Source: Paragordius varius
Taxonomy: Eukaryota; Animalia; Nematomorpha
Reading direction: 5' to 3'
Assembly: GCA_964247055.1 (NCBI GenBank)
Contig: OZ176052.1
Span: 310,001-374,000, forward strand
DNA: 64,000 nucleotides
Position numbers and translations under genes: made by a program. Position 1 is the stretch's first letter; each line of letters opens with the position of its first letter. Shown here in pieces: positions 12,233 to 25,764 of this stretch. The notes beneath the pieces are model-generated. The model made no database searches and was not told the origin of the DNA. It worked only from the letters and a program-made list of their open reading frames with translations.

Positions 12233-13999
12233 TTTTACAATAAAATATAGATATTAAATATAAATTTCGTGTTTTAACGAATATCTTGAATTTGTTTTAA
12301 TATTTTTAAATGTGTATCGATAAGAGGCTACCCCAAAAAATAACATTATGGATACAAAAATATAAGTATGTATTTAAAAATATTATGTCTAAATGACAAA
12401 CATAGTTGAGGGTATGGAGATATGATTAAAATATAAAAATGTATGCCAATTTATAGGAACTCATCGTGTTTTTGTTATATCGTTAATTAGTTTGTAAATT
12501 TTATTATATTTACACATTTTTGCTAATCATATATTTAGTATTATACATTTCATTGCGTTAAAAGCCTTTAACAATGATATGGCATCTTTCCTACACTAAG
12601 GCGTTCAAAGGCTTAGGAAGGCGGTAAGGGTCGTCCTGTGTGGACTTGGGAAAAAACCCTTTTAAAAATTTTGCTACTAAAATTTTTATGATTGCAAATT
12701 TTTGCATATATATTTATAAATATTATTATGTTTTAATATTTATTTACTGTAAAATAGTGTTATTAAATTTGATTATTATATCAAAAGAAGGAATTAAAAA
12801 ATACCGTACATAAGCTGCGCTTTGAAAAGGACATTGTTTGATTTTTGACCAGTGGTTTGTTATTGATTGAGCTGTTGATTATTCGTGTTAATTAAATAAA
12901 ACGTTAACGAAAAAAACAATAATATTTTTACCGATAGACAATAACCCAAATAAAAAATATTAATTTAATATAAAAATTAACTTTTATTATATAAATATCC
13001 ATTTCCGAGTTACCGTAAAACTTCATCACCTTTAAATTGCATTTTTTACAAATGGAGTTATCCATATCCCTAAAGTATAAATAAAAAAATGTACATGGCT
13101 TTGGTGTGTACCTCTCATATTTAAAAGGCAGACGATCTTGACTGAATCGCCGGATTAATCCACGTGGTTTTGTCGATTTCAGCTGTCAACATCGATATAT
13201 ACCGCAAGGTTAAATGAATGTAAATTTTAAAAAGTCGGATACTTGAATAGTTAAAGAAACACGCGATAATAAAAAATGGTGGGCGAAAATAAGATGATAA
13301 AGAGCTGTAAAAGTGCGAAAAAAACTAGTGAGAAAAACACCAATAAAACTATCAAAAAAATTAATTCTGAAAAAAAGTTTCATATCAAACTCCTCAACGA
13401 AATTTTTTTTACAACTTTGCAAGATATGTTTATTTGGTTCTATCACTAAAAGTAAAGTTTTTTTTGTTATTTTTTTTATATTTTGGTTTAATGTATGTAG
13501 TGGATTCCTTTTTTAAAATATTTTATTTTGGCAGGCATTACTAACCCCAAATGGACTAAAAGAAATCATATTAAATATATATATAATTTTTGCGTTGCCA
13601 TATGCATATATATTTTTCAAATTTTGCAGCGCTCCAGACATTATAACTAGTGCAAACATTTCTTTACCTATTTATTGGTTCGACCAATTTTTGAGGAATT
13701 TCTATAATCCAGAGAAACTTGAAAAAACTATTGATATGAAAGTTGTTTTGGTTAAGATTTAAAATTGTTTTGTATTATAGCATCTTGTATTTTTTTAGTT
13801 TTTGAGATATAAGTTTGGACAGCTTGAAAACACGATTATAAATATCTATTTAAATTTTTGTAAATAATATATAAAATTTCCCATATTTAATTGAGTTAAA
13901 TTAAAACTAAGTGCTTTGTGGCTGCACTGTTTTATTTTCAAATGGATATTGGTAATTATTTAAATTAGAAGGTCATTTGTATTATATATATTCAGATTA

Positions 14000-14760
14000 T
14001 GTAAGGTACTGCTGAAGTCATGGATGTAAAGTACGTCCTGTTATCAGTCACCATAAGATCCAAATCTCGCCATATTTTTGTGGCAATTCAATATTTGTTG
14101 TGATATTGATTTTAGTAGATCCACTTTAACCAATCTGAAAGCACTATCAATCGTGACTAACCAAAATACCCGTCTATGGGCCCGGCTATGTCAAGGTCAA
14201 TCATCTCCCACAACGTAGTGTTGGGTTTCATTCTCACTTATAGGATTTTCTCTTATATTGGGCTTTTTATTTTACACGGTTCACATGATTCTTCAAATTT
14301 TTTTTGTTTCTAAGCATGGCCAATATACGGAATATCTCGCTTATTGTTCATCATTTGATCCGTCATGCCTAGTATGTGCAAGGAGGTCGGTATTGGTAAT
14401 CTATCATTCACAAATCTAAGATTATAGTATATTTAGTTTTAAATTTTATTTAAAGGATTTCATATTTGAATAACTCCAATCATTTGTTTTTACTGTTGAT
14501 TAAGGTTTGTTTGCAAGTGGATCTAATTATTTTCCACTAATTCCATGCTTAGGTTAAATTTTTACCGTTGATACCTCATCACCTTCGTCTAGCACATTAA
14601 TCGATCATCGTTATTTAATAATCTGGATAAGGCGTCAGCTAAATTGTTTTACCCTTTCTGATATTCATTTTATAATCGTATCCCAATTTATATACCTAAG
14701 TTTATATTTCTTTGAATTGCACCGTCCAGTCTATAAATTTTTATATGTACAGGATATCTT
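14000..14760 (-). mobile_element. Ty3/Gypsy pol remnant (RNase H end plus integrase)
   Basis: Minus-strand fragments read YDYK..RKG..(N)LADALSRL, CEPC, WEMIDLDIAGPIDG and ARFG...VTDN..YFTS, with several frameshifts. Confidence 0.65.
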
Positions 14761-15299
14761 CGCGATATTTTAAGCCTTGTTTTTCTAAGTTATTTATAAT
14801 ATTGCGGATGGTTAATGGTATAAAATTATTTTCTAACCTTTATTGACTTGGATTTTTAGGTTATTAACTTCGTTGGATACTACATGCCGAATTTTGCCAC
14901 CTTCTATCAATTTAAACATTTTGAAAGAGAGACGCTTGATTATGTAGGAACTCTAACCATATTTTTGAAGAATCACTTTCAAAAAACTTTTCCAAAGTTG
15001 TAGGACATTGTCCTGTGAAAAATAGGATTTATATCATACATTTTTAAAAAAAATTTAATAAATGGTAGAAGAGTTAACCAACGAGTTTTACAATATCCAA
15101 GAATTTTTTGATATTGAACTTCTGCATACAGATTTCCTTAAGCGTATCAACGCGTATCGTGTATATATAAAAATAGGAATATATTTTAACAACTATATTT
15201 TCCACATCTAGGACTAACAAATCAGCAGCTGTTTTGAACAGCGTTGTGTATTATATGCGCTGCACACCCAACGCCAATAATTTTTTGAATAAGATTATC

Positions 15300-16015
15300 T
15301 GCTAATTTATGAAAAATATTTTTTGTTCCCCTCCTTGCTTTCCCACCGAAGTTCGTATTGGTGTTGTCAGCGCAATATGCGATAATTTTATCATTTAAAT
15401 TATTTTATTAGTATAATCATTATTGAATCAAAAATTATGACGGAATTTTTACGGGAAGCAAAATGAAATCTAAAATTTTATTTTTTACTCCGGTTCCTCG
15501 ATAAAAATATCTTATTAAAGTGGGAAATAATTTTGTTTCCTTGTGATTTGATGCATCAGAGTATAGCGATATGAAATTTATTTTCAGCAAATCGTTTTGT
15601 ATTTCAGAAAATGCATGTGGCGAAAGGACATTGCATATGGCTTTTGCCTTTGTACGGGCACAATTTATTAAATATGGTACGAATAACCTGTGAGGTAAAT
15701 CCATAGATCTAATGGAATGATTGTGATTAACGGCCTGAAAAGATAAAACGCCTCGGCTAGTGCCAAATTCTTTTCTTTCTGTCCAAAAGCGGTTTATCGA
15801 TAAAAATCGCTCATTTTGTAAGATGATGCCGCCATATCTAAACATTTTTTATGTTTCTGTGTTTCCATATGCGTTGTAATATCATGCTTGCCGCCATGTG
15901 CTAGGGTGAATTTCCCATCGCATAAAGAACATTTAACAGATTCATTCTTTTTTTGATAAAAGGAAATCCTTTCATTAATTTACCGTTGAATTTACAACCT
16001 CTTTTTGTATTCATA
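15300..16015 (-). mobile_element. hAT transposase remnant (BED-type zinc finger plus start of the catalytic domain)
   Basis: CSLCDGKFTLAHGGKHDITTH near 15880-15950; ORF 15435-15845 contains CARTKAKAI...SLYSDASNHKETKLFPTLIRYF...KILDF. Confidence 0.7.
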
Positions 16016-17267
16016 TTTTTTAACTAATATTAGTATAAAAAATATTATATTACCATATACCGATTTGTGGTATTAATTTGTCTTTTTTATAATGTTAGCA
16101 GGTAATATAACTAAAATGTTAGTATTATAAATTATTTTATTACCTTATTCTGGTGTAAACGTATAAGCTACCGATTTGTGGTATAAATTTGTCTTTTTGA
16201 TAATGTTGGCAGTAGGAGTAGGAAGCAAAGTGTATAATCATATGATAAAAATTTGAAAAAAATTAATATTTTTAATTTAAAAATAAATAAATTTAATTTA
16301 AAATTGATATAGATTTTGGAGATAACTGATGATAAAAAATTTAAACGGATAAAAAAATTTTTTTATAAAAAATTTAAATGTATTTAAAAATAATTTTTTT
16401 TTATATAATCGTGATTCATCTCGTCTATTGTGATCAGTTAATTGATTCATCAATAAATATAATATTAAAAATGTCTCGGTAATCTTCCCAAATAAAATTG
16501 CTAACTAAAGAGAAATTAAACGAACAAATTTTCAAATTCATACAGTCTGTGTCACACATATTAATGATCAAATTTCTTTTGATAAATTAACAGTAAATAT
16601 GTTATTACCAAAAAAATACTTGATTTTAATATTAAAAATACAGTCTTAATATATTAGTGATTTTTGCGAATGTGGGGGTTCACGGAATAGTGGAACTTAA
16701 TACTTTCTGATGTATCTTAAATACATTTAACAAAGCTTTTCCAAAAATTTATCCTCGCTTTTATTCATCCGATTATCCAAAGTATATTATAACACAACCA
16801 AAGATTTCAATTATAAAATCTAAATTATACATACAAATAATTTCCGAATAATATCTATATTTTTAAACCTGTCAAGTGTGCCCTACACCACACTTGCAAA
16901 ATCTTCAAGTTTAATTTGATCATATGATTTTTTATCACCTCCTAATCAATTTTACTTGCTGGACAACTCCTCTAATGGTAAAATTATTTTATTGAAAGGG
17001 ATGACTTAAAAAATTTGCACGTCAAGTCAAGAAATTTTTTATCACCATCCATAATTTGGCTTTTTATATTTAGTTTATTATGTATTTTGGTGATATTTTT
17101 TGGAACGAAGCATTTAGTTTCATAAATTAATTTTTCTTAAAAAAAATGTGCGCAAATTTTGCCATTCTTTTATATGGAGCATTTATCATAAATAAATAAT
17201 TATCTTAATATCCTAAGGGCCAAACCGAAAGCGCTACGATAATCCTATGTATTTTTCTCTGAGAATA

Positions 17268-17320
<53 letters not shown>

Positions 17321-17628
17321 TCAGGATATTTTTATTTACTGCGTAGTGATTTTTTTGAAATGAAACATCTTATCATAATTTGATATGATATTCCATTTTC
17401 TTATATAAGCAGTTAGCACAATAGTAAAAATTCTTAAAATACTCACAGGCATCAGTATATTTCATCAAAATATTTTTAACTCTGTGTAATATTTTTTATC
17501 CAGGGCTCTTGTAGCTTAATTATGAGCCTATAAAAATCGAACGTAATGTAAAAATAAATTGCACTATTCATCTTCTAATTTGCCTATCAAAACATAACTT
17601 TCGGAAATATTATCTTATTCATAATTAA

Positions 17629-18076
17629 CACTTTGATTCAAATTAGGTTATTTAAATACCCTAGACAATATTTAAAATTATAAAAAACTACTGAAAGAAA
17701 TGGTTTAAATTTAAATTCATGCTTTTATCCTAATTAAATTATATAAATAAGCCAAAATATCTAATTTAACTTTTGTTTTAGAAAAAAAATTCCGTATCAA
17801 TCTACTTGGATGCCATATAAAATTTAGCCAACATGACATGTGTGCATAAGCTATAGTTAAATGCGATTTTAATAAAAAAGTAAACTTAATTCTAGGCTTA
17901 GAAAACTTTGGGTTTTGCCCCTAATTTTTTTAGTTCAGTAATGTTATAAAGTGCAAACTTTTGCCATGGTTCCAATTTATTCCATATTTTTTGAAATATT
18001 TAATTTTAAAGAAGCCTGGGGTATTTAACTACTCCAATTTGAATAAGGGCTGAAATGAATATGTTGTATCCAAGTG
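17629..18076 (+). mobile_element. piggyBac-type MITE
   Basis: TTAA at 17625-17628 and 18077-18080 with the family ends. Confidence 0.8.
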
Positions 18077-18249
18077 TTAATTTCAAATAGTTTGTTTAAC
18101 TAAATACAGTGAAATTAAAATTTGAAAACTTTAAACAAATAATTGTTTAAAACTATTTAAATAGATATTATTTTTAAAATTCAACTAGAATATTTAAATA
18201 AAACACCAGAATTTTCTAAGTCTCTCTCCACTTATATTATTCCCCCCCC

Positions 18250-20438
18250 CCTCCAACAGAAAGGATTGATGCCTTACTATGGGGTCCTCGTAATTTTCTC
18301 CTTTTGCAAAAATTGACTTCGGCCAGGCAACACCAACGTTTATGCATTTCTATGTGGCTCGATGTTGAGGCTGCTTTTAATTCCCCTCATTTCGATATTT
18401 CGGCAGTTATCCGTGGTATTAGAATCACTGTTAACTTATTTTTAATTTTGTCTAAGCTCTTCATTTCTTTTACTCGAATTCTAAGTGAGCGAAACCTGTC
18501 CGACCCTCTTTATCTTAAGAGCTGAACTCTCCAAGAATATCCACTCTCCCCTCTTCTTTTTATTTTAATCACCCTTAATCCCTTAACTGCACTCAATACA
18601 CCACCTGTCACCCCTAAGCCGACGACTTGCTGAATTATGTTTGATAACTCTAAAAAAAGTCTGGCGCAAACTTGGCAAGTTCATTGGTATGCTTTATATA
18701 TATACTTATAGATTAGACACAGCGTTAGCTGCTAACTAGCTCCACAGCCACCGAACATGCACGTTCCTTCTATGCAAAAAACAAAGCTTAGGATTACTTT
18801 GGAAAACCGATATAATCTGATCTCACCCAACAACATATCAGATCTGCTGCTAGCCCTGGTAGAGCCATAGCAAATGCTAGATTCTTTAAAAGTGTTTGTA
18901 TTCCCAACGTACCATAAATTTCATATTGGGTCGGTGTCTGAATCAGGCCGAACTTAAAAGGACTAGCGCATTCGTAATAAAAGAAGAATTACATCGCTTC
19001 TCCAAGGGACCCACTAACTATTTCTACATCCCGGTTTCTAAAGGGGGCCTTGGCGTTTCTAAAACATCTCTTCTTTCATATATATACCGACTAAACTCAG
19101 CATTTAAGCTGCGAACTACCACGGATCCGGCCCCAAACTTGCGCTTTCTACCCTTTTAACCACCATTTATCAGAGGATTAAACTCAACTTTCCTCTGACT
19201 CCGATATTTCTAAATTTCCATCAAATAATTTGAAATCATTAATGTCTCCAATATTTCAGCTAATTTGTACGGCATCGTGCTTCTCGGTCTACTCTATAGG
19301 ACTATTCCAATTAGCACTTTTTTATAAAAGGGTAACAACCTTAACATTGACCCATCCTCCCGCCGCCTTGTTCGAACTATTTAGTCTAAAATTATTCACC
19401 GTTTTTACATAGCCTTATCGCGCGTCATTCCCAAGCTCGCATCAAGGCGGCTCCCGTCCCCTAGACCAGTTCCTCTTTCAAAACATCAGGGGTAGGATTC
19501 AAAATTGAAGATTCATTGAATTAACTCAAATTTAAAACCCTACAAACACTCGTCCAGGTTCCCGCATCATCACAATAGTGATGCGAGCGGCACCCACTTT
19601 ACTACATATATTTAATCAGTGCTAAGATTTATTACGAATAAATAGCTCACTATTACATCGTCTTTATGATTACTTTAAACATTTTTATGTTGCGTTGAAG
19701 CTTTGTACGACTACTCTTATCCGGCTACCCTTCGTTTTTATTATATTTAGTAATAAATATCACGGCATTCATTTTCTAATTGACGTGACCTGCCTTGATG
19801 AACGCGGGGGGCTTTGGTCTCAACCTGTATCAATAAGGTGGACAAATACATTCAGCTGCATTGTCTTAAAACCCAAACGATGTCAAGATACTTCCGCTGA
19901 TCTACGGAAGTTTATGATCACGGTATTCCAAAAACGACCAACATCCGAAATATTTAACACCTTGTTACTTGATTTTCTGCCATAACTAAGTTATCACAGA
20001 ATCGTTTTAACAAGCCAATGCTAATTAAGTTAATTCATTAGCCACAGCTTAAACATCAACACAGCCAATCATTGCCTATCATCTCCAATCAACAACACAA
20101 ATGCTACTTGAACATAGCTCTGTTACGGTGATCTAGCCTTGAACAAAATAGCAGTCATCGAATCAAAACGAATGTGGTGCAATCAGATCAACTAACAAGA
20201 TCAAACATAAATTCCCTTGAAATATTTTAACTCCTTTCGGAATCTTTAAATTCAATTCTTTATTACTGAGGGTTATTTAAATCGTTAAATATTTTTCTAA
20301 AATTTATTATAAAATAATCATAAATTCATGTGTAATCATCTCATAACCCAGCATTCACCAATCAATATATAAAAAAAACTATATTAACCACACGGACCTT
20401 TTTTAGTTTTAATGTATACTACATTGTAAATTAAATAT
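18250..20438 (+). mobile_element. Utopia-like element, lineage B, old and degenerate
   Basis: PQQKG..., MWLDVEAAFNS, TNYFYIPVSKGGLG and FLIDVTC remnants; the 3' UTR resembles 10500-10880 and abuts U2 at 20439. Confidence 0.7.
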
Positions 20439-20528
20439 ATCTGCTCTTATCATCTTGATATCTGAAGCGACCATTAAAGAGATCTTATATAAAAATAAAT
20501 TTATTTTTGGAGATTTCGGGGAGATGCC
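20439..20528 (+). pseudogene. U2: Degenerate U2 3' half (from nt 39), 3'-truncated
   Basis: atctgctcttatcatcttgatatctgaagcgaccattaaagagatc...aaatttatttttggagatttcgggg. Confidence 0.8.
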
Positions 20529-20831
20529 TACTTTGATTACTATATATATATATATATATATATATACACCATTTACAGTTCGAATCCACCCTAAAAATAA
20601 ATTATAAATTTTCGGGCAAACAGTCATCATTAATATAAAACATATCTTTATGGCATAGTTTATTATTTTTAAGTAATTCATTTTTTTCAATATAGAAAAT
20701 TTTTACTCTAAAAAAACACATATTTCATTTTAGAGAGATTTGAATGTTCGAAGGTGAATAAGGGCGAATTTAAATTGTAAATGGTATAAATATTGGATTT
20801 AAGAGATGAAGCTTATATTTAAGAGCACATA

Positions 20832-20870
20832 ATAGAGATCGTATCAAATATTAAGCTGATAAGAAGAAAT
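20832..20870 (-). pseudogene. U2: Short U2 3'-half remnant (nt 39 to ~77)
   Basis: Minus strand ataaattca|atttcttcttatcagcttaatatttgatacgatctct has the same junction as 49364/49363. Confidence 0.75.
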
Positions 20871-21720
20871 TGAATTTATATAAATGTGTTTAAGTGTTGC
20901 CACATTATTATATATAAATGGAAGAATATGTCAAGAAAAAGGAACCAATATAAATGCTATATTTATTTGTTTAATGCTAAAATAAATTTAATGTTTGGAT
21001 GTACAGTAAAATTTGAAATTATACGGACAAAACGTAAAATATTTTTTACATTTTGCAATTTAAAACAACGAGTTATATTCAAGAAAATCAAGATTTAAAA
21101 ACTATGGTTGTCTTTTGGAAATATTTGTCTTTAAATTATTACGTTTTGTCCGTATAATTTGTTTTTTACTGTAATGTGCGTTTTTAAGTATAATCTTTTA
21201 TGAATCTGTTCCATACTTTTGAGTTATAAAAGATGGTGCTGCTTCCCATTTGTTTGGAAACTGTAGAAAATTCTTGTGCTGGTCAGATTTTGTTTGCATA
21301 AGCCATTCTTTATATATCATCATCAATATTTTTGTTTATTGTGCTTGCAGTAGGGGTAGTATATTGTTGGTATTTATCTAATTTTTTTATTACAGTGAAA
21401 ATTTTCAAAAGGACAATGCATCTAATTTAAAGCAATTACCTTTAATATATTAATTATATAAGGGTTGTTGTGTTGAGAAGGTGAGTTTTCATAAACTAAT
21501 TTGGTGTTTTTTAAAATTTCAGGCATGCTTATGCTTTTTTGTCCATTGTGGAGAGTATTGAAGGCAATGGTTAAGCTGATGGAGAGTTTCATTTGCCTTG
21601 TCACTTTATTACCAGGGGTTTTCAGGGGAGTCTAGGTGACTATTCACAGGTAACAGTTTTCGGCGATCTTTGTGAGTAAATCAGCCAGCCGGTTTTGAAA
21701 GATGTATTTTCGTCTGCATG
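20871..21720 (-). mobile_element. Lineage A Utopia 3' remnant, degenerate
   Basis: Minus-strand remnants of NETL...LNHCLQYSP and a lineage A-type 3' tail abutting U2. Confidence 0.6.
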
Positions 21721-22409
21721 AGTGTAATTTAATCTTTCTGTATTAAAAGAAATTTGTTTTAAAAATATAAAAAGATATTGGTAATTTTAATATTGAAACG
21801 CACATAATTTATTTTAGGGAATTTAAAATGTTCAGGGGGTCAATTTGTATTGTTCAAAGGTGAAATTGAATTATTCACGGGTGAATTTGAGGTGTAAATG
21901 GTATATCACTGCAAGAAGAAAGAGGTTGGAAAGGAAGGGCATTTATTGACTATGTAATACCATACTACTACGATATTCTTTCCCTTCATTAGTAAATAGT
22001 AAAAATAATTATTATTTGATGGGCATGGTAATGCTTACTCGTGCACCATGGCCCTTTGCTTTTTATTTTCACTAATATTTATTTTTTACTCCTAATATTA
22101 ATTTCTTTACTACAAATATTCTTTTATTCAATCCACTGTAATTCACCAGAATCGGTGTCACTATAGAAATTAGCATTAGTTTCACCTTGCGGGAGAAATG
22201 TAAGGAACTTAAGATTTATGCGAAGATGAGTCAATCAAAGATATATCTGATTATAGAACGATTTTCAAACAAAGCTTTTGATGATTAATCAGCATAATAA
22301 ACAGCTGTCGCACTTTTGCCAAGTAGTCATGGAAGAAAGGATACTATTTTATCGATAAAATGAACAAAGCTCAACAAATTTATCCAAGAAATAACGGGAC
22401 TTATCGAAC

Positions 22410-23088
22410 AGGTGGGTTAGGTGATCGTTGATACATAATTGAATGGATTCTAAGTCATTGGAGTGCGATTCATAATTAGGATTATTTTTATATCAATAGA
22501 AGAAAAGAAGGAGTGGGTTAGGGCAAATGCAGTTTTTATGGCGTGAGAGCTATCTGTTAGTAAGGTCATCCGCGAAGGCCAAGCATGAGATAAGGGGTTG
22601 ATTGTTAAGGGCTACGATAATGGGATTAATGCAAAGGTTAAAAATTAGACCTGAAAGTGGGCACCCTTGCCTAATTCTTTTAAGATAGTGGATCGGGTGT
22701 CCGTCAGATTTTTGTCAATTAAAAATTGGGTTGATGAATTAAGTAAAATAAAGGTTAAAAGGCATTCAACCGGTGAGGGCAGGCACCAAGGGAACTTACA
22801 AGTTTGGTGCAGACAGGGTGGGGAATGAAGTCGAAAGCGGCGGAGATGTCTAATCATAAGAAAATGGATTGATGGTTCGCTGTTCGGGCTTTCGACAAGC
22901 GGTTGGAATTGTAGTAATTATGTTTCAACACGCCGTCAAAGGGGGAGAACCTTTTTGTTGGGGGGCGATGAGATTGTGGAGAGAAACGTGGTGGCTAATG
23001 TGTTTATGGATGATTTTAGCAAAGATTCGATAGATTATGCTAGTGATCGCGATGGGGTGAAAGTTGGCCGGGTCAGAGGTGTCGCCTT
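22410..23088 (-). mobile_element. Lineage C Utopia RT fragment
   Basis: Begins KGDTSDPANFHPIAIT; closely follows ORF 45276-46481 through KG..LSGL and LAFADD. Confidence 0.75.
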
Positions 23089-23149
23089 ACTCTGAAAAAT
23101 TCGCAGTAAAATCAATAATGTTGTATATATGAAGTCAAAAAAGATAATT

Positions 23150-24450
23150 TGGATGGATATCCCGCTACAACCGTTATTCTATCCCTCCTAAACAACTTAA
23201 AAAATGTTTTTGAAATTTTATTTAAAAACAAATTTGTGGATCCTTTTCCATAAAGCCTGACGTGGTGGTGTTAAGATCTTCGAATGCCTTATACATAATC
23301 GAGGCCAGAGTTACTTTTTGAGAAAGAATCAACAGATCTTATTCATTACCAAAGAGAAATTAAGAAAGAACGCCTCTCAAGTTTCGACCTTTGAATCAAA
23401 CCAATCATCACTACATTAAATATCAAACCCCTTACTTCGGGTTTGGGTCTCGCAGATGACCTTATCATCGCAGATAGCCCCCTGACACCATGAAAGCAGC
23501 AATTTCCCTGACTCGCTCGGTAATTTCAATTGATATAAAAAAATGTTCAAGTGTTGGATCCTTAATTATAAATCGTACACGACAACGACTTGCAAACCAT
23601 ACAATTATTTAACGGCGACCATAGGATTCCATACCTCGATGATGGTGAGTCCCATATTTGCGAAAACGCGTCGTTGTGATTATTTCCAAGATTTTTGAAA
23701 GACTGCCCGATATTCCAGACTTCCAATCCTTTTCTATTTTAATCCATAAAAAAGGTGACACATCCGACTCCTCCAATTTTCGCCCTATCGCTATTACTAA
23801 CATAATTTATCGAATCTTTTCTAAAATCCTTCATAAACACATTAGCCACCATGTGTCCCTCCACAATCTCATCGCCCCTCAACAAAAAGGGTTTTTCCCC
23901 TTTGACGGCGTGTTGGAACATAATTATTACATTTCCAACCGCTTGTCGAAGGCCCGAACAGCGAACCACCAGACCATCTTTCTATGGCTGGACGTTTCCG
24001 CCGCCTTCGACTCGATTCCCCTGCCCGTCTGCACCAAACTTTTAAGGTCACTTGGCTTGCCCCCACCACTTGAAAGCCTTTTAAATTTTATTTTACTTAA
24101 CTCTTCGACGCAATTTTTAATCGATAAAAACCTTACCGACCCCATCCCCTATCTTAAAGGAATCAAGCAGGGGTGCCCTCTTTCCGGCCTAATCTTTAAA
24201 CTGTGTATTAACCCCATTATCGTAGCCCTTAACAATCGACCCCTCACCTCATGCTTGGCCTTAGCGGATGACCTTACTATCATCACAGATAGCTCCGACT
24301 CTATGAAAGGCGCAGTTGCCCTAACCCTTTCCTTCTTATCTTCTATTGGCATAAAAATAATCCTAATTATAAATCGCTCTCCAATGACTTAGGACCCATT
24401 CAATTAGGTATCGACAACCATTCAATCCTTGATGGTGAGCCCCATAATTT
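23150..24450 (+). mobile_element. Scrambled lineage C fragments: RLE piece, RT5-7 piece, then RT1-7 (ORF 23658-24392)
   Basis: KPDVVVLRSSNALYII at ~23250; LGLADDL at ~23445; ORF with HKKGDTSDSSNFRPIAI, KQGCPLSG and LALADD. Confidence 0.8.
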
Positions 24451-24719
24451 GGCAAACCTGTCAGGTTACTGATTGCTAGATATAAACTCTCAAGCTTTAT
24501 TCTTTTTAATCAATTTAATAACTCAGCCTATATCATATAAACAAAAAAAGTGCTAGCATATACAATTATCAAAAATAAAACGGTTTTGAAAAAATATTAT
24601 AGTCCCGGTTCTAAAATAAATATTGTTTAAAACCACAATATTTAATAGCCAAAAGTTACAAGTATCTTGCCTAGTGTATACCAGAGACCGAGTCGAAAAT
24701 TAATTTATGAACAAAATAC

Positions 24720-24800
24720 CATTTAAAAGATACAAAAATAAAATATACTTAGGTGTATTCCTCACAAAGATAAACAACTTGGCTTTCAAAATCAGAGTTC
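24720..24800 (+). mobile_element. Possible L1/Tx1-like RT remnant
   Basis: Translates to KIPFKRYKNKIYLGVFLTK, reminiscent of the L1 ORF2 IPF...IKYLG..LT motif; short and weak. Confidence 0.3.
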
Positions 24801-25134
24801 ATTATCTTAATGCATTCATAGCGATGTGTAAGAGTAACAACTCAACATTGAGAATGATTCTCAAAACAATCTAGGTGATAAGATATTTGATTCACATTCC
24901 ATGAAAGATTTTGATTGTGTTGGGACAAAATTTAACTAAAGGATTCAATTACACTCTTCGTTCATGTATATAACTAAAATATAACTAACATAAAAATTTA
25001 CCGGATGTTAAAATATTCCAAAATTTAAAACATGCGCGTTATAACCATATGATCCAGATTCTTAAACACTTGGATACAACACATTCATTTTAGTCCTTCG
25101 ATAAGGGGTCGTTGGATACCCCAGGCCTGTTTAA

Positions 25135-25697
25135 CACTTCGATTCAAATTGGGGTATCTAAATACCCCAGACTAAATTTAAATTATTATTTTTAAAAAAC
25201 TACTGAAGGAAACAGTCCCAATTTAAATTTATGCTTCTATCCTGATAAATATTATATAAATATGCCAAAACATCTTAATAAAATTTTGTTTGAAAAAAAA
25301 GCTCCATCTCAAACTATTTCGACGCCATTTTGATTTTACAAAATTTTTGCAAAATATCGTCTTTATTTAAATATAAGGGTAAAACTAAAGCTAATTTTTT
25401 CTATAATTTATATCTAACATTGATAGAAATAGAAAAAGCGGTTTAGTTTGTATAATTTTTTGATTTTACAATTTGACACATGTCAAGTTGACGAAATTTT
25501 TATCTTTCGGTTTTAGCTTAAAATAAGTAATATAAAGTATTTTTGAATAAAATTTTTTGTATATTTCGGTTTATTAATGTTATGTAAGTGCAAAATTTTG
25601 CCATGGTTTCGATTCCTTCCATACTTTTTAAAGCATTCAGGCCTGGGGTATCCAACTACCCCAATTTGAATCGAAGGACTAAAATGAGTGTGTAGTG
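25135..25697 (+). mobile_element. Nested piggyBac-type MITE
   Basis: TTAA at 25131-25134 and 25698-25701 with the family ends. Confidence 0.8.
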
Positions 25698-25764
25698 TTA
25701 AATACAAATAATCACGATATTTTGCAAAAATGTAAAATAAAAATGGCGTCGAAGTAGTTTGACA

